Shown: positions 11,666 to 21,265 of the stretch, one piece after another
Layout: each line of letters begins with the position of its first letter
Position numbering within the stretch: the first letter of the stretch is position 1
Assembly: GCA_963736115.1 (NCBI GenBank)
Contig: CAVTNR010000027.1
Coordinates: forward strand, 96,001-160,000
From: an uncultured bacterium
GTDB lineage: Bacteria > Zhuqueibacterota > QNDG01 > DTFT01
DNA length: 64,000 nucleotides
Direction of reading: 5' to 3'
Notes under the pieces: generated by a model
What the model was told of the DNA's origin: nothing
Database searches by the model: none
The model's input: the letters and a program-made list of their open reading frames with translations, nothing else
Position numbers and translations under genes: made by a program

Positions 11666-11820
11666 TTCTTTTCCCGTCGTCAAGTTCCGATCAGTCAAAC
11701 CAAACATGATCCGATGAATCAGATCACTTGCGCATCCCACCCGCTTCGCGGGTCAACGGGGCTTCAATCCCTTGATAAATCACGGAATCGTTTCTTTGTT
11801 CATATTCCTATTCTTTTTAT

Positions 11821-12942
11821 TCACTTCTGTGGTCTGCTGCAACCCCATCCGGAATGATTCAGCTTGTTCTTGAAGCGGCCGAAACGCGCCGGGCGGTAGA
11901 ATACATTCACGCCCTTGTTCATTTCCTGCCGAAAATAGGCGGAATCTTCAGCGCAATCGTAATGATTGAAGATTCCCGGTTTTTCGTCCATCAAAGAAGT
12001 CATATGATCGTCGCCGGTTTTGTCAAGGGTCTGTAAATATCCGCGAACGCTATCCACATCGTAAACAGCCACAGCAACCGATGTCTGGTTATTCTCCGAC
12101 AGTTTTTTAAAAGACTGAAAGGCGTACTTTTCGGCAAAGGATCCGATATCTCCATCGCCCAGACCGACATCCAGCCGTTCCAATGACCGAAGGTCGAAAT
12201 ATGAGAGGTGAAGATTTTCGGGGGAAGCAACAATGGTTCTCGCATACGGAGCCATTGTCTCTATCGTATGCGGCGAACCGTTGAAACACGTTGAGAGAAC
12301 CATGAGATCGAACTTCGTGGAATCACGTGTCAGCCATTTCAACCGGCCTGCGAGGTCGCGAACCGTGAACGTTCTATCAGAATACGATGCATTATATCCT
12401 ATGCCGCCAATTTCCGGGATTTCATGACCGAAGTAGAGGAACAAGCGGATCGGCGAAGTATCCAAATCCGCATACGTTTGCTGATATTTTAATATGTGTT
12501 GATCCTCCCGCGGTGACCCAGGATCCCTCCGATACTTTTCTTCGACGATTTTCCTTCCGTGACTGAAATAATAGAATGTTCCGTCACGGAGAGGAAACAG
12601 GAATAATAAATGCCTTTTGTGTTTCTCATGGAATATGAAAACTTCGGCCTCTGGATTCTGAAGCGCAACCTGGATGGCTCCGGTGAGTGCATCCTCATCA
12701 GCTTGAACCGCATGGCCTGAATTATTGTGATATAGATAATCTCCATCGCCGTGGATAATGAATATCATTGAGAAACGAGGCGGACTTGGAGAGTCAGACC
12801 GATCCATTTTTTCTCGGCTCAAGCTTGTGACGGAACCGCATGAAAATTGAAATGATACGAGTACCACGCAACCGAGCACCCCTAAGAGCGTCCTGAAAGA
12901 TTGCGTGGTACTCGTCAAACATCGGTGTTGCATGACCGGCAT
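11821..12942 (-). CDS. Hypothetical lipoprotein with clostripain (C11, clan CD)-like motifs
   Basis: Lipobox-like FSC; LFLYFGHE and KFDLMVLSTC segments resemble the His/Cys dyad context, followed by IVASPE. Confidence 0.5.
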   Translation of the reverse strand: MPVMQHRCLTSTTQSFRTLLGVLGCVVLVSFQFSCGSVTSLSREKMDRSDSPSPPRFSMIFIIHGDGDYLYHNNSGHAVQADEDALTGAIQVALQNPEAEVFIFHEKHKRHLLFLFPLRDGTFYYFSHGRKIVEEKYRRDPGSPREDQHILKYQQTYADLDTSPIRLFLYFGHEIPEIGGIGYNASYSDRTFTVRDLAGRLKWLTRDSTKFDLMVLSTCFNGSPHTIETMAPYARTIVASPENLHLSYFDLRSLERLDVGLGDGDIGSFAEKYAFQSFKKLSENNQTSVAVAVYDVDSVRGYLQTLDKTGDDHMTSLMDEKPGIFNHYDCAEDSAYFRQEMNKGVNVFYRPARFGRFKNKLNHSGWGCSRPQK

Positions 12943-12983
12943 GCCTCAAAAAGCCTGGGACTGTACTCTTGGCCGTGTTCTGA

Positions 12984-13418
12984 TCACAGGAGGAGAATCA
13001 GAATGATAATAATCAAGAGTGCCGAGACCAGGCTGATGGTGACGGATTGATAGGCCTGCTCCATATCCTGCACCACATAATCAGAGAAAGCATTCAGCTG
13101 GGCATCGGCCACGCGCTCAAAGCCGTTATTGCCCGTGAGCTCGTCCTGCTTCTCTTGAAGAGCGGTTTTGATCCGGCTGATGCCGTCGCGGTCGTCTTTC
13201 GAAACCAGGCCTGAGCTTTCAACTCTGTCGAGCGCTTTCGACATGGCTTGGAAGGAGTGGTTCATTATTTCACGCTTCTGCGCCGGTTCGGCTGTCGTTT
13301 TGACCTTCCGTGCAGTATCGTTGAAGTACTTCTGGATGCCTTCTTTTCCTTCCGCCCAACCCGCCTGAACCGCCACGAAAGACATCACGAGGACTGCAAT
13401 AATCGTTTTTGCTTTCAT
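12984..13418 (-). CDS. Exported helical protein with C-terminal hydrophobic anchor
   Basis: GGAGG RBS before ATG 13418; signal peptide; C-terminus LVSALLIIIILILLL. Confidence 0.7.
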   Translation of the reverse strand: MKAKTIIAVLVMSFVAVQAGWAEGKEGIQKYFNDTARKVKTTAEPAQKREIMNHSFQAMSKALDRVESSGLVSKDDRDGISRIKTALQEKQDELTGNNGFERVADAQLNAFSDYVVQDMEQAYQSVTISLVSALLIIIILILLL

Positions 13419-13492
13419 ACTGATTGCCTCCGGTTTCTGATGAAATGGAGATAATTGACAGAATACGGTGTTTTTTCGGATCATCGCGTTAA

Positions 13493-13693
13493 TTATGTTC
13501 TCGAGCCTCCGATGTGAATTCCGGATATCGACTGCAATACACCGAAACCGTTCAACAGCCAGAGAACGACCGCAATGACAACGACCGCATTCAAGATCGA
13601 TTTGATTTTATGATCCATCGGTATATAGCGGTTAATCAGCCATAAAAGAACACCGACCACGATCAGGGTGATCACCACATTGATTAACGGCAA
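13493..13693 (-). CDS. Small two-TM membrane protein (Thivi_2564-like)
   Basis: LIVVGVLLWLINRYIPM...IKSILNAVVVI pattern; TTG start with RBS. Confidence 0.75.
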   Translation of the reverse strand: MPLINVVITLIVVGVLLWLINRYIPMDHKIKSILNAVVVIAVVLWLLNGFGVLQSISGIHIGGSRT

Positions 13694-13785
13694 TTGATAC
13701 TCCCTTCGATTTATGGATGACCGTTTTCTTCAAACGGGATGCGTGATCCGACCAATCAATCCGTCGAATTGCGGTCGGACACGAC

Positions 13786-14466
13786 TCAATTGAGCGTCCC
13801 GTTCTCGGCGGCTTCCTTGAGTTTGTCATTGGCGAATATGGCGACTTCCACACGCCTGTTCTGTTCACGGCCATAATCCGTGCCATTGGATGCAACCGGA
13901 TTCAACTCACCGAGTCCGACCGTTGAAATCCTCGAACCGTCGACTTCCAGGCTCCTTTGATAGCTGGCAACTGCCTGAGCCCGGCGTTCCGACAAACTCT
14001 GATTGTATGCTTCCGATCCCGTATTGTCGGTGTCTCCCTCAATGAGAATGTTCGTGTCGGGATATTTATTGAGGATTTTTGACAGACTCTCAATATTGGC
14101 CTTCGCCGTGGGCTGTAATTCGGACGAATCGATTGCGAAGAGAATCCCGGAATCGAACGTAATTTTGATTCCCTCGCCGACCCGTTCGATTTTTGCGTTC
14201 TCGATATCACGCCTCATTTCTTCCGCCTGCCTGTCCATGTGACGGCCGATAAGCCCTCCCGCTGTTCCGCCCACCGCCGCCCCGATGATGGCGCCAATGG
14301 CCGTATTTCCGAGCTGATGTCCGATGACCCCGCCTGCGGCTCCTCCGACCCCTGCTCCAATCGCGCCGCCCTTCAGTGCGTTACTGGCGCCGCACCCAAG
14401 CAGGAGGGCCGTTGAAACACAGAGAGCCACAACTGCGACAAGTCTCTTTTTTTCTTTTTGCATCAT
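13786..14466 (-). CDS. OmpA-family lipoprotein with glycine zipper (YiaD-like)
   Basis: Lipobox LLGC, Gly-zipper, OmpA_C motifs (YNQSLSERRA, NRRVE). Confidence 0.9.
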   Translation of the reverse strand: MMQKEKKRLVAVVALCVSTALLLGCGASNALKGGAIGAGVGGAAGGVIGHQLGNTAIGAIIGAAVGGTAGGLIGRHMDRQAEEMRRDIENAKIERVGEGIKITFDSGILFAIDSSELQPTAKANIESLSKILNKYPDTNILIEGDTDNTGSEAYNQSLSERRAQAVASYQRSLEVDGSRISTVGLGELNPVASNGTDYGREQNRRVEVAIFANDKLKEAAENGTLN

Positions 14467-14655
14467 GCACCTCTTTCTGGATTTGGAATTATACATCTGT
14501 ACTGTGATAGATCGATTTCATGTGCAGGTTCCATTTATCGTAAAAGCCTCCACATCCGGCACAAACATCCTTCTGACTCTAAGAGATAAACTCTTCGAAT
14601 GCAATGGATTGTGCCGCATTGCTTTTCCCTGAACACCGGGTTTTGGTCCTTCCGC

Positions 14656-16113
14656 TTATTGTTGCACGTAGAATTCGATTCGCCGATTCTCAGTCCGTCC
14701 CTCATCCGTGTCATTGTCGGCAATCGGTTCCATCTCACCCTTTCCAACCGTTCTCATGCGATCCGACCGGACACCTCTTTGCTCCAGCCAGTTTTTGACC
14801 GCCTGGGCACGGCGAAGCGAGAGATCCTGATTGTACTCGTCGCTGCCGACGTTGTCCGTATGACCGGATATTTCGACCAGCACATCAGGCCGGGCGTTCA
14901 TCGCCTGATAAGCGACTTCCAGAATATCCCTCGAATCCTCCGTTATATTGGCCTGGTCGAAATCGAAATTAACGCCTCTCAGAATGACTCTTTTCCCCGG
15001 ATCGAGAATAATCGTCTTCGTCCCCTTGGAAATGTCATCCTTCCAATCGAGCGGATTGGTGCCGCGCTTCACTTCGGCGCCGTCGTTCACTCCACCGTTA
15101 TCCGTGTCGATTTTCACCGGATTGGTTTTCGCCGTATTTGCCTCGTATCCATCGCTCAAATCATCCCCATCCGTATCCTTTTTCACTGGATCGGTTTTAT
15201 ACTGATTGACTTCATCGCCGTCGCTTAAGCCGTCCCTGTCAGTATCCGTTCTCAATGGATTGGATTTATATCTGAATTCTTCGCCATCGTTCAAACCGTC
15301 TCCGTCTGTGTCCATTCGGAACGGGTCCGTTTTAAAACGTTTCAATTCGGTGCCATCGAACAGGCCATCCCCGTCGGTATCCGCTTTGAGCGGATTGGTC
15401 TGAACCTGATTCACCTCAGCTCCATCGCTCAAACCGTCGCCATCGGTGTCGGCATTATTTGGATCTGTTCCGAATTCTTTTTCAGCTGTATTGCTCAATC
15501 CATCCTTGTCCGTATCATCGCTCCCTCCGACGGATCCGCCGGTAAACATGAGCCCGATCACGAATCCGTAGAATCCATCCTGCTTTTTATTGGTCAGGCG
15601 ATTGAGGTTGGAATCGGAGCGTTCACGACCGTCTAGTTTGTCCCTTAAGGATAACGTGTAGCCCCCGCTCACTTCCAATATCATCTGGCTGTGAACCCTG
15701 GTCTGAAAACCGATGCCCATGGGAATCATTGGTAAAAAATCGGATCCGCTCCTGTCAACGGCTTTGGACAGGCCGAAACCGGCGTACAAAAACGGATTCA
15801 GTCTTTCCATAGAGAAAGGGATGAACAGGAATCTGTTTTCAACCATGCCTGTTTCCGCAGTATACACACCGGGAGCATCGAGACGGGTGTATCCGACGCT
15901 CAGTTGACCCAATAAACTTGGAGCAATCAATTGATATTGAAGAAATCCACGGTATTGAAAAACCCATTTGTCGGAATTGCTGTTATCTCCCATGGCTCCA
16001 CCCACGGCAATGCCCAATCCCTGGCTCGGGTTTTTAAATCCGAATCCCGCACTGGCATTGTGATAGCATATCAAAACAAGAAATACAGGTAAAAACCGGA
16101 AAATCCCTTTCAT
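14656..16113 (-). CDS. OmpA-family protein with beta barrel and TSP3-like DTDGDG calcium-binding repeats
   Basis: About 7 DTDxDGL repeats; GHTD, LSLRRA and NRRIEF motifs; start chosen at MKGIFR. Confidence 0.88.
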   Translation of the reverse strand: MKGIFRFLPVFLVLICYHNASAGFGFKNPSQGLGIAVGGAMGDNSNSDKWVFQYRGFLQYQLIAPSLLGQLSVGYTRLDAPGVYTAETGMVENRFLFIPFSMERLNPFLYAGFGLSKAVDRSGSDFLPMIPMGIGFQTRVHSQMILEVSGGYTLSLRDKLDGRERSDSNLNRLTNKKQDGFYGFVIGLMFTGGSVGGSDDTDKDGLSNTAEKEFGTDPNNADTDGDGLSDGAEVNQVQTNPLKADTDGDGLFDGTELKRFKTDPFRMDTDGDGLNDGEEFRYKSNPLRTDTDRDGLSDGDEVNQYKTDPVKKDTDGDDLSDGYEANTAKTNPVKIDTDNGGVNDGAEVKRGTNPLDWKDDISKGTKTIILDPGKRVILRGVNFDFDQANITEDSRDILEVAYQAMNARPDVLVEISGHTDNVGSDEYNQDLSLRRAQAVKNWLEQRGVRSDRMRTVGKGEMEPIADNDTDEGRTENRRIEFYVQQ

Positions 16114-16361
16114 CTGGATCCCCCTTTCAGTTAAAGTTACATTTTCAGTTCGGTTCATTTCAACTTTCCTCGTTCTAAAATCCTTCGAAATGTTCGGGGG
16201 GAGCGAGTGACCTCCCCCCATTCCTGTCAATAGACCGGCAGTCCATGCGAAACACACGTTTTTCCTTCTTCATGAATCCACTGCAGTCTGTTTCAAGTCG
16301 TCACTCCATCATTACCCGGGGAACCCGTTTATGCGGGTTCCCCTTCTGTTTGCCGGGTCTG

Positions 16362-17483
16362 CTATTTAACAACGATTTCGAACAGAACGCGCATGTTGGC
16401 CTTTGCCGCATTTGAATAGAGTTCCTTGGGCGCGACTTCATGTTCGGCCGGTTTGGTTTCACCATATCCGATCGTTGTAAGCCGATTCGCCATAATAACG
16501 CCTTCATTCACCAGAAATTCTTCGACGGCTCGAGCCCTTCTTTCGCTCAGTCTTTGATTGTAATCTTCAGTGCCGGAAGCGGAGGTGTACCCTGCAACAC
16601 GGACTTTAGATTCCGGGTTGTTCTTCAGAATCTGGACGCTCTTTTTAAGTATCCGCTTCGCTTCTTCCGTCAGAGTCGACTGGTTAAAATCGAAATGCAC
16701 GTCCTCAAAGGCAAGAATGACGATTTTCGTCTCTTTGGCAAGAACCTGTACCGTCTCTTCGACCTTCGGTTCGGGAACATCAGACACGAGAACGACGACC
16801 TTCGCAGCTGCTCTCGGTTCTTCCATCACAACCGGCGCCGGCCGGGACTTCGACTGACCGCCGAAGGCAAGTACGATTCCTGCGGAAGCATGCACATTGT
16901 GATACCCCTGCTCAAAAGGGAATACCTCGGTGACGAAATTATCCCTGAGATCGAGCCTGAGCGCGAAATGTTCCACAAGCCAGAATTTGGCACCCACCCC
17001 GAAATCAAAGGTGGACATGTCCTGATTCGATATTTTCGGACTGTAGCGGACGCCTCCCAGCCCGGCGACAATGAACGGAGTCAGTCGACGGTCGGGCATA
17101 AAATGATAGACCGCATCGATATGATAGAAGGTAAGGTCCACTTTGTCCATGGGGCTTCTGTACTGGCCTTCCTTGGCTCCCGTTCTGGCTTTATCAAAAA
17201 CATTGCTGTTGACCAGCTCCACAGTGCCTTCGATACCGAAACGCTTCGTAAAATTTAAGCCGATCCGTCCGCCATAGACAGGACTGTTTTCGAGATTCTG
17301 TCTGTCTTCGAAAAAATGGGTGCCGATAAACGGACTCACCTCAACGCTTTTTGCCCGTATCCCCAAGCGACCGGATGATTCGGATCGGTCATCACTGCCG
17401 GATGCAACCGAAGGCAGCCCGGTCACCCACAGAACAGCCGAAGCTGTAATGAAGAATGCCGTTTTCAGTATTTTCATTTTCAT
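16362..17483 (-). CDS. OmpA/OprF-like protein (beta barrel + OmpA_C)
   Basis: Signal peptide, barrel strands, VHFDF and LSERRA motifs. Confidence 0.88.
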   Translation of the reverse strand: MKMKILKTAFFITASAVLWVTGLPSVASGSDDRSESSGRLGIRAKSVEVSPFIGTHFFEDRQNLENSPVYGGRIGLNFTKRFGIEGTVELVNSNVFDKARTGAKEGQYRSPMDKVDLTFYHIDAVYHFMPDRRLTPFIVAGLGGVRYSPKISNQDMSTFDFGVGAKFWLVEHFALRLDLRDNFVTEVFPFEQGYHNVHASAGIVLAFGGQSKSRPAPVVMEEPRAAAKVVVLVSDVPEPKVEETVQVLAKETKIVILAFEDVHFDFNQSTLTEEAKRILKKSVQILKNNPESKVRVAGYTSASGTEDYNQRLSERRARAVEEFLVNEGVIMANRLTTIGYGETKPAEHEVAPKELYSNAAKANMRVLFEIVVK

Positions 17484-17526
17484 TCCCCTTTATATCGTTT
17501 CTTTTTTCCATTCGCTTTTTTTCATC

Positions 17527-17560
17527 ATCGGGAGACAGGCGGTTCCGCCTGTCTCCCGAT
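17527..17560. terminator. Perfect intergenic stem-loop
   Basis: ATCGGGAGACAGGCGG...CCGCCTGTCTCCCGAT between the ice-binding gene and ompA; no clear U-tract. Confidence 0.5.
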
Positions 17561-17591
17561 GGGACTGTTTTCACGTTGAATTCCCCGACTC

Positions 17592-19688
17592 CTACGGATT
17601 GGTCACTGCATTGAAATCCAATGTTACCGCGGCGATCCTTGTCATGGCTCTTCCCACGAGTGAAGCGCCGGTTTCCAGCGTGACGGATTGATCCGCCATG
17701 ATAGTTCCCTTCATCGCGGCCGTGGTCCCGATCGTCGCCGAAGTGCCGACCTGCCAGAAGACATTCTTCGCCTGCGCACCGCCGGCCAGTATCACCTGGC
17801 GACCGGACGTCACTGTGAGCGAGGATGGGATCTGGAAGATGAAAACGCCTTCCGAATTGCCCTGCGCATCGAGGGTCAGGTCTCCTGACGAGATGGCCAG
17901 GGTGGAAGTGGAGGTATAAACTCCGGGAGTGAGAGTCTGTCCTCCGATGTTCCCCGATACTGCGGCACCGGGAGCCCGTCCGGCCGCGTCGTTATAAGCG
18001 CTCGTCAGACAGGATTTGGCGTTGTTGACTTCCGCATCATTGATGCGTATCGTCCCGTTCACGATTCCCGGCGGGAATCCGGTCACCGCGCTACCCGGAC
18101 TCAACCCAAGATCTCCGTTCACGATGGTATTGCCGGTGTTGGTCACAGTCGAACCTGCCAGAATCGGGAAACCGGAGGCACATCCAAGATTGACCATCGC
18201 GGGTCCAGGAGGCGGCAGTGCGGCACCCGTGGTAAATTGCCACACATAGTCGCTGGCCATAGCATTGCCCGCGAGATCCTTGGCTCCGGTTGTAATCGTC
18301 GCCGTATAGGTGGTGTTGGCAGCAAGACCGGCCTCAGGTACAAATGTTCCACCCGTACCCGCGTAGGATACCGTTCCGGATACCGGCGTAAGCCCTTGTT
18401 TTAAAGTATATGTGACTGTGGTGATCGTCAACGGATCCATCGCCTCGCTGAAGAATGCCGTGATGAACTGGTTCAAAGGAACGCCTGTGGCATTATTCTC
18501 AGGATCCGTGGAAATGACCGTGGGTGGAACAGCGTCCAGCCCAGCGCCCGTTGTGAAACTCCACACATAGTTAACGGCCATGGCGTTGCCTGCAAGGTCC
18601 TTGGCTCCGGTCGTAATCGTGGCCGTATAGGTGGTATTGGCCGCAAGATTGGCCGCTGGAGTGAATGTTCCGGCCGTTCCCGCATACGTCACCGTGCCCG
18701 CTACCGGCGTGGTCCCCTGCTGCAAGGTGAATGTGGCCGTGGTGATCGTCACCGGGTCCATCGTCTCGCTGAATGTGGCGACGATCTTCTTATTGAGAGC
18801 CACATTCACGGCGAGATTCGCCGGATCCGTGGAGATGACGGTGGGTAGAACGGCGTCCGGCGCAGCGCCCGTGGTAAAGCTCCACACATAGTTTACGGCC
18901 ATGGCATTGCCTGCAAGGTCCTCGACTCCGGTTGTAATCGTGGCTGTATAGGTGGTATTGGAGGCAAGATTGGCCGCTGGAGTGAATGTTCCGGTCATTC
19001 CCGTATACGTAACCGTGCCGGATACCGGCGTGGTCCCTCGCTTGAGGGTGAATGTGGCTGCCGTGACCGTCAACGGGTCCATCGCTTCGCTGAAGGTTGC
19101 GGTAATTTTCTTGTTGAGGGCCACATTCGTGGCCAGATTCACCGGATCCGTGGAAATGACGGTGGGCGGAGCCGCGTCCGGCGCATTACCGGTGGTAAAG
19201 CTCCATACATAGTTGTGTTCCATCGCATTTCCCGCAAGATCCGTGACACCGCTGGTTATCGTCGCCGTATAAGTGGTGTTGACCGCAAGATTGGCGGCCG
19301 GTTTGAAGGTTGCCACCAGGCCTGCATAGGTCACGGTTCCGGATACCGGCGAAGTACCCTGCTTAACGGTGAATGTGGCCGTAGAGATAGATGATGGGTC
19401 CATCGCTTCACTGAAGGTGGCACTGATAGCAGTGTTGATCGCGACGCCTGTGGCCGCATTGACCGGGACCGTAGAACTGACCGTGGGTGCGGTTTTATCC
19501 GAACCGCCCGTTATTTCCGATCCATCCCATAGGCCGCATCCTGCCATAATAACCATCATGAGCATGGTTATGAGGATTGGACCAATGGAGTTGCGAAGCG
19601 AGCCGAACAATCGTTTTGTTCCGGTTATCTGTCTTGGACAGAAAATCCGGTCTCTGTCGGTTTTAAAATCTCTTGATTTTGTGTTCAT
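17592..19688 (-). CDS. Lipoprotein with four Big_5 (SbsA Ig-like) repeats and a C-terminal DUF3494 ice-binding-like domain
   Basis: MAGC lipobox; four ~107-aa repeats (D..PTV.ST...ATFSE.MDP...YVWSFTTG, 321-nt period); DUF3494 motifs ILAGSTVTNTG, TLTPGVY, VFIFQI, NVFWQVG. Confidence 0.9.
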   Translation of the reverse strand: MNTKSRDFKTDRDRIFCPRQITGTKRLFGSLRNSIGPILITMLMMVIMAGCGLWDGSEITGGSDKTAPTVSSTVPVNAATGVAINTAISATFSEAMDPSSISTATFTVKQGTSPVSGTVTYAGLVATFKPAANLAVNTTYTATITSGVTDLAGNAMEHNYVWSFTTGNAPDAAPPTVISTDPVNLATNVALNKKITATFSEAMDPLTVTAATFTLKRGTTPVSGTVTYTGMTGTFTPAANLASNTTYTATITTGVEDLAGNAMAVNYVWSFTTGAAPDAVLPTVISTDPANLAVNVALNKKIVATFSETMDPVTITTATFTLQQGTTPVAGTVTYAGTAGTFTPAANLAANTTYTATITTGAKDLAGNAMAVNYVWSFTTGAGLDAVPPTVISTDPENNATGVPLNQFITAFFSEAMDPLTITTVTYTLKQGLTPVSGTVSYAGTGGTFVPEAGLAANTTYTATITTGAKDLAGNAMASDYVWQFTTGAALPPPGPAMVNLGCASGFPILAGSTVTNTGNTIVNGDLGLSPGSAVTGFPPGIVNGTIRINDAEVNNAKSCLTSAYNDAAGRAPGAAVSGNIGGQTLTPGVYTSTSTLAISSGDLTLDAQGNSEGVFIFQIPSSLTVTSGRQVILAGGAQAKNVFWQVGTSATIGTTAAMKGTIMADQSVTLETGASLVGRAMTRIAAVTLDFNAVTNP

Positions 19689-19809
19689 TTAATCCTCTTT
19701 CCCTGTTTATTGATCCTTATCAGTTTCATTTCGGTTAATCGTTCTTCGACCCGGTCCTATCGAACATCGATTCTCATTCCGGATGACACCGGGCAATTCC
19801 GTCTTCATA

Positions 19810-19980
<171 letters not shown>

Positions 19981-20135
19981 TTACAGGTTTCCGATGATCG
20001 AACCGGAATCCCATAACACGGTAATCGAGTCATGACGTTTTCACTAGTAATGAAATCCGTCGGTTATTCCATATCTTCGTTATTTCTCGCCTCATCGTGA
20101 AGTCCATATCGATAAGGAGACGGACGACTGATCTG

Positions 20136-20393
20136 TCAGCGGCGGCGCCCGGCGACCGCACGGATCAAAAACAGCAGGATCAGCGCTCCGACAATCGCCG
20201 CGATGAGCAAACCGAGAATGCCGGAGCTGGATATGTTGAGCTGACCGAACAGCCAGACTCCGATAAAGGCGCCTATCACGCCGACGACCAAATCTCCCAG
20301 AAGGCCGAATCCCCTGCCCTTCCAGATGTGTCCGGCCAGGAATCCTGCCAGAACCCCAACCGCCAGAAAGATCAGCAGATGTTCCGTACTCAT
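20136..20393 (-). CDS. GlsB/YeaQ/YmgE (transglycosylase-associated) stress membrane protein
   Basis: GVLAGFLAG...GFGLLGDLVVGVIGAFIG...AAIVGALILL. Confidence 0.9.
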   Translation of the reverse strand: MSTEHLLIFLAVGVLAGFLAGHIWKGRGFGLLGDLVVGVIGAFIGVWLFGQLNISSSGILGLLIAAIVGALILLFLIRAVAGRRR

Positions 20394-20509
20394 GATGTTT
20401 TCTCCTTTTAAAACTGATGGATGGTTGTTTTGATAATTAATTCAACTTTGACTTTTTCGATATTCTTTCTTCGGTTGCACGCCGAACCCGGGATGAAGCG
20501 TTCAAATCG

Positions 20510-21265
20510 TCATTGCGCCAAGCGCGTTACAGCATTCGTTAAATCCGGTTTTCTTTGATTTGAATCGATCTCATTGAATTCGGTCGCTATAAAAATATAT
20601 CCTAAATCATCTTTGCCCAGGAACAGAATGAATAATTGAAGCTCCCCGCCGCAAGCGGCGGGGAATCTTCTATCTGTAGAGAAGAGACATCTGATATTCG
20701 CTCGCTTACCCCGCGGCAAGCCGCGGGGAATGCGCTCGCTGTCAGATTCAATTGCATCATTTCTACCCAGGTTGCGGTTGATGTGCGGTAAAAGCTTCTC
20801 CTGAACGGGGATCCAATGCACGTTCATGCCTTCCGTTACCTTGATTTCCTGCCGATAGAGAGACGCGAGAGTCGGTTCGATTTGGAGTGTTTGCACCCAC
20901 AATTTGATGACGTTTTTTCTGTTTCCGGAAATGGGTCTCCGAACGGCTGTGTAGTTGCATGAAACCCGATACTTTGCAGTCTGACACTCAATTTCAACTC
21001 GTTCAAGGGTTTTTTTCTGTGCCGCTGGATAGACTGAGTGATTCCGTTCTTCCGTGATTATGTCCTGTAACGTTGTTTCGATGTATGAGGCGTAATTGAA
21101 CTCCGCCGATCCACAGGCCGTCCAAGCCCACAAAACAATAACCGTGGCGATCGAAAACTTCCTTTTGTGTTGATTCATTGGATCTTGCTCATGTTTGTTG
21201 TTTAAGAGAATGCCTGAATATTCCATGACATGATTTTTTTCTATTCGTTTCCGATCAGAGTTCAT
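20510..21265 (-). CDS. Hypothetical exported protein carrying a 37-aa in-frame mobile-element insert
   Basis: ORF is intact; residues SDSERIP...ACGGELQ are encoded by element 20636..20746. Confidence 0.65.
   Translation of the reverse strand: MNSDRKRIEKNHVMEYSGILLNNKHEQDPMNQHKRKFSIATVIVLWAWTACGSAEFNYASYIETTLQDIITEERNHSVYPAAQKKTLERVEIECQTAKYRVSCNYTAVRRPISGNRKNVIKLWVQTLQIEPTLASLYRQEIKVTEGMNVHWIPVQEKLLPHINRNLGRNDAIESDSERIPRGLPRGKRANIRCLFSTDRRFPAACGGELQLFILFLGKDDLGYIFIATEFNEIDSNQRKPDLTNAVTRLAQ
20636..20746 (-). mobile_element. 111-bp non-autonomous IS200/IS605-like palindrome-associated element (PATE)
   Basis: Two subterminal hairpins (20644-20663, 20709-20728); inserted 3' of TTGAA, ends in TTCAA, no target duplication; guide tetranucleotides CATT and GATT fit the IS608 guide-pairing rule. 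Confidence 0.8.
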
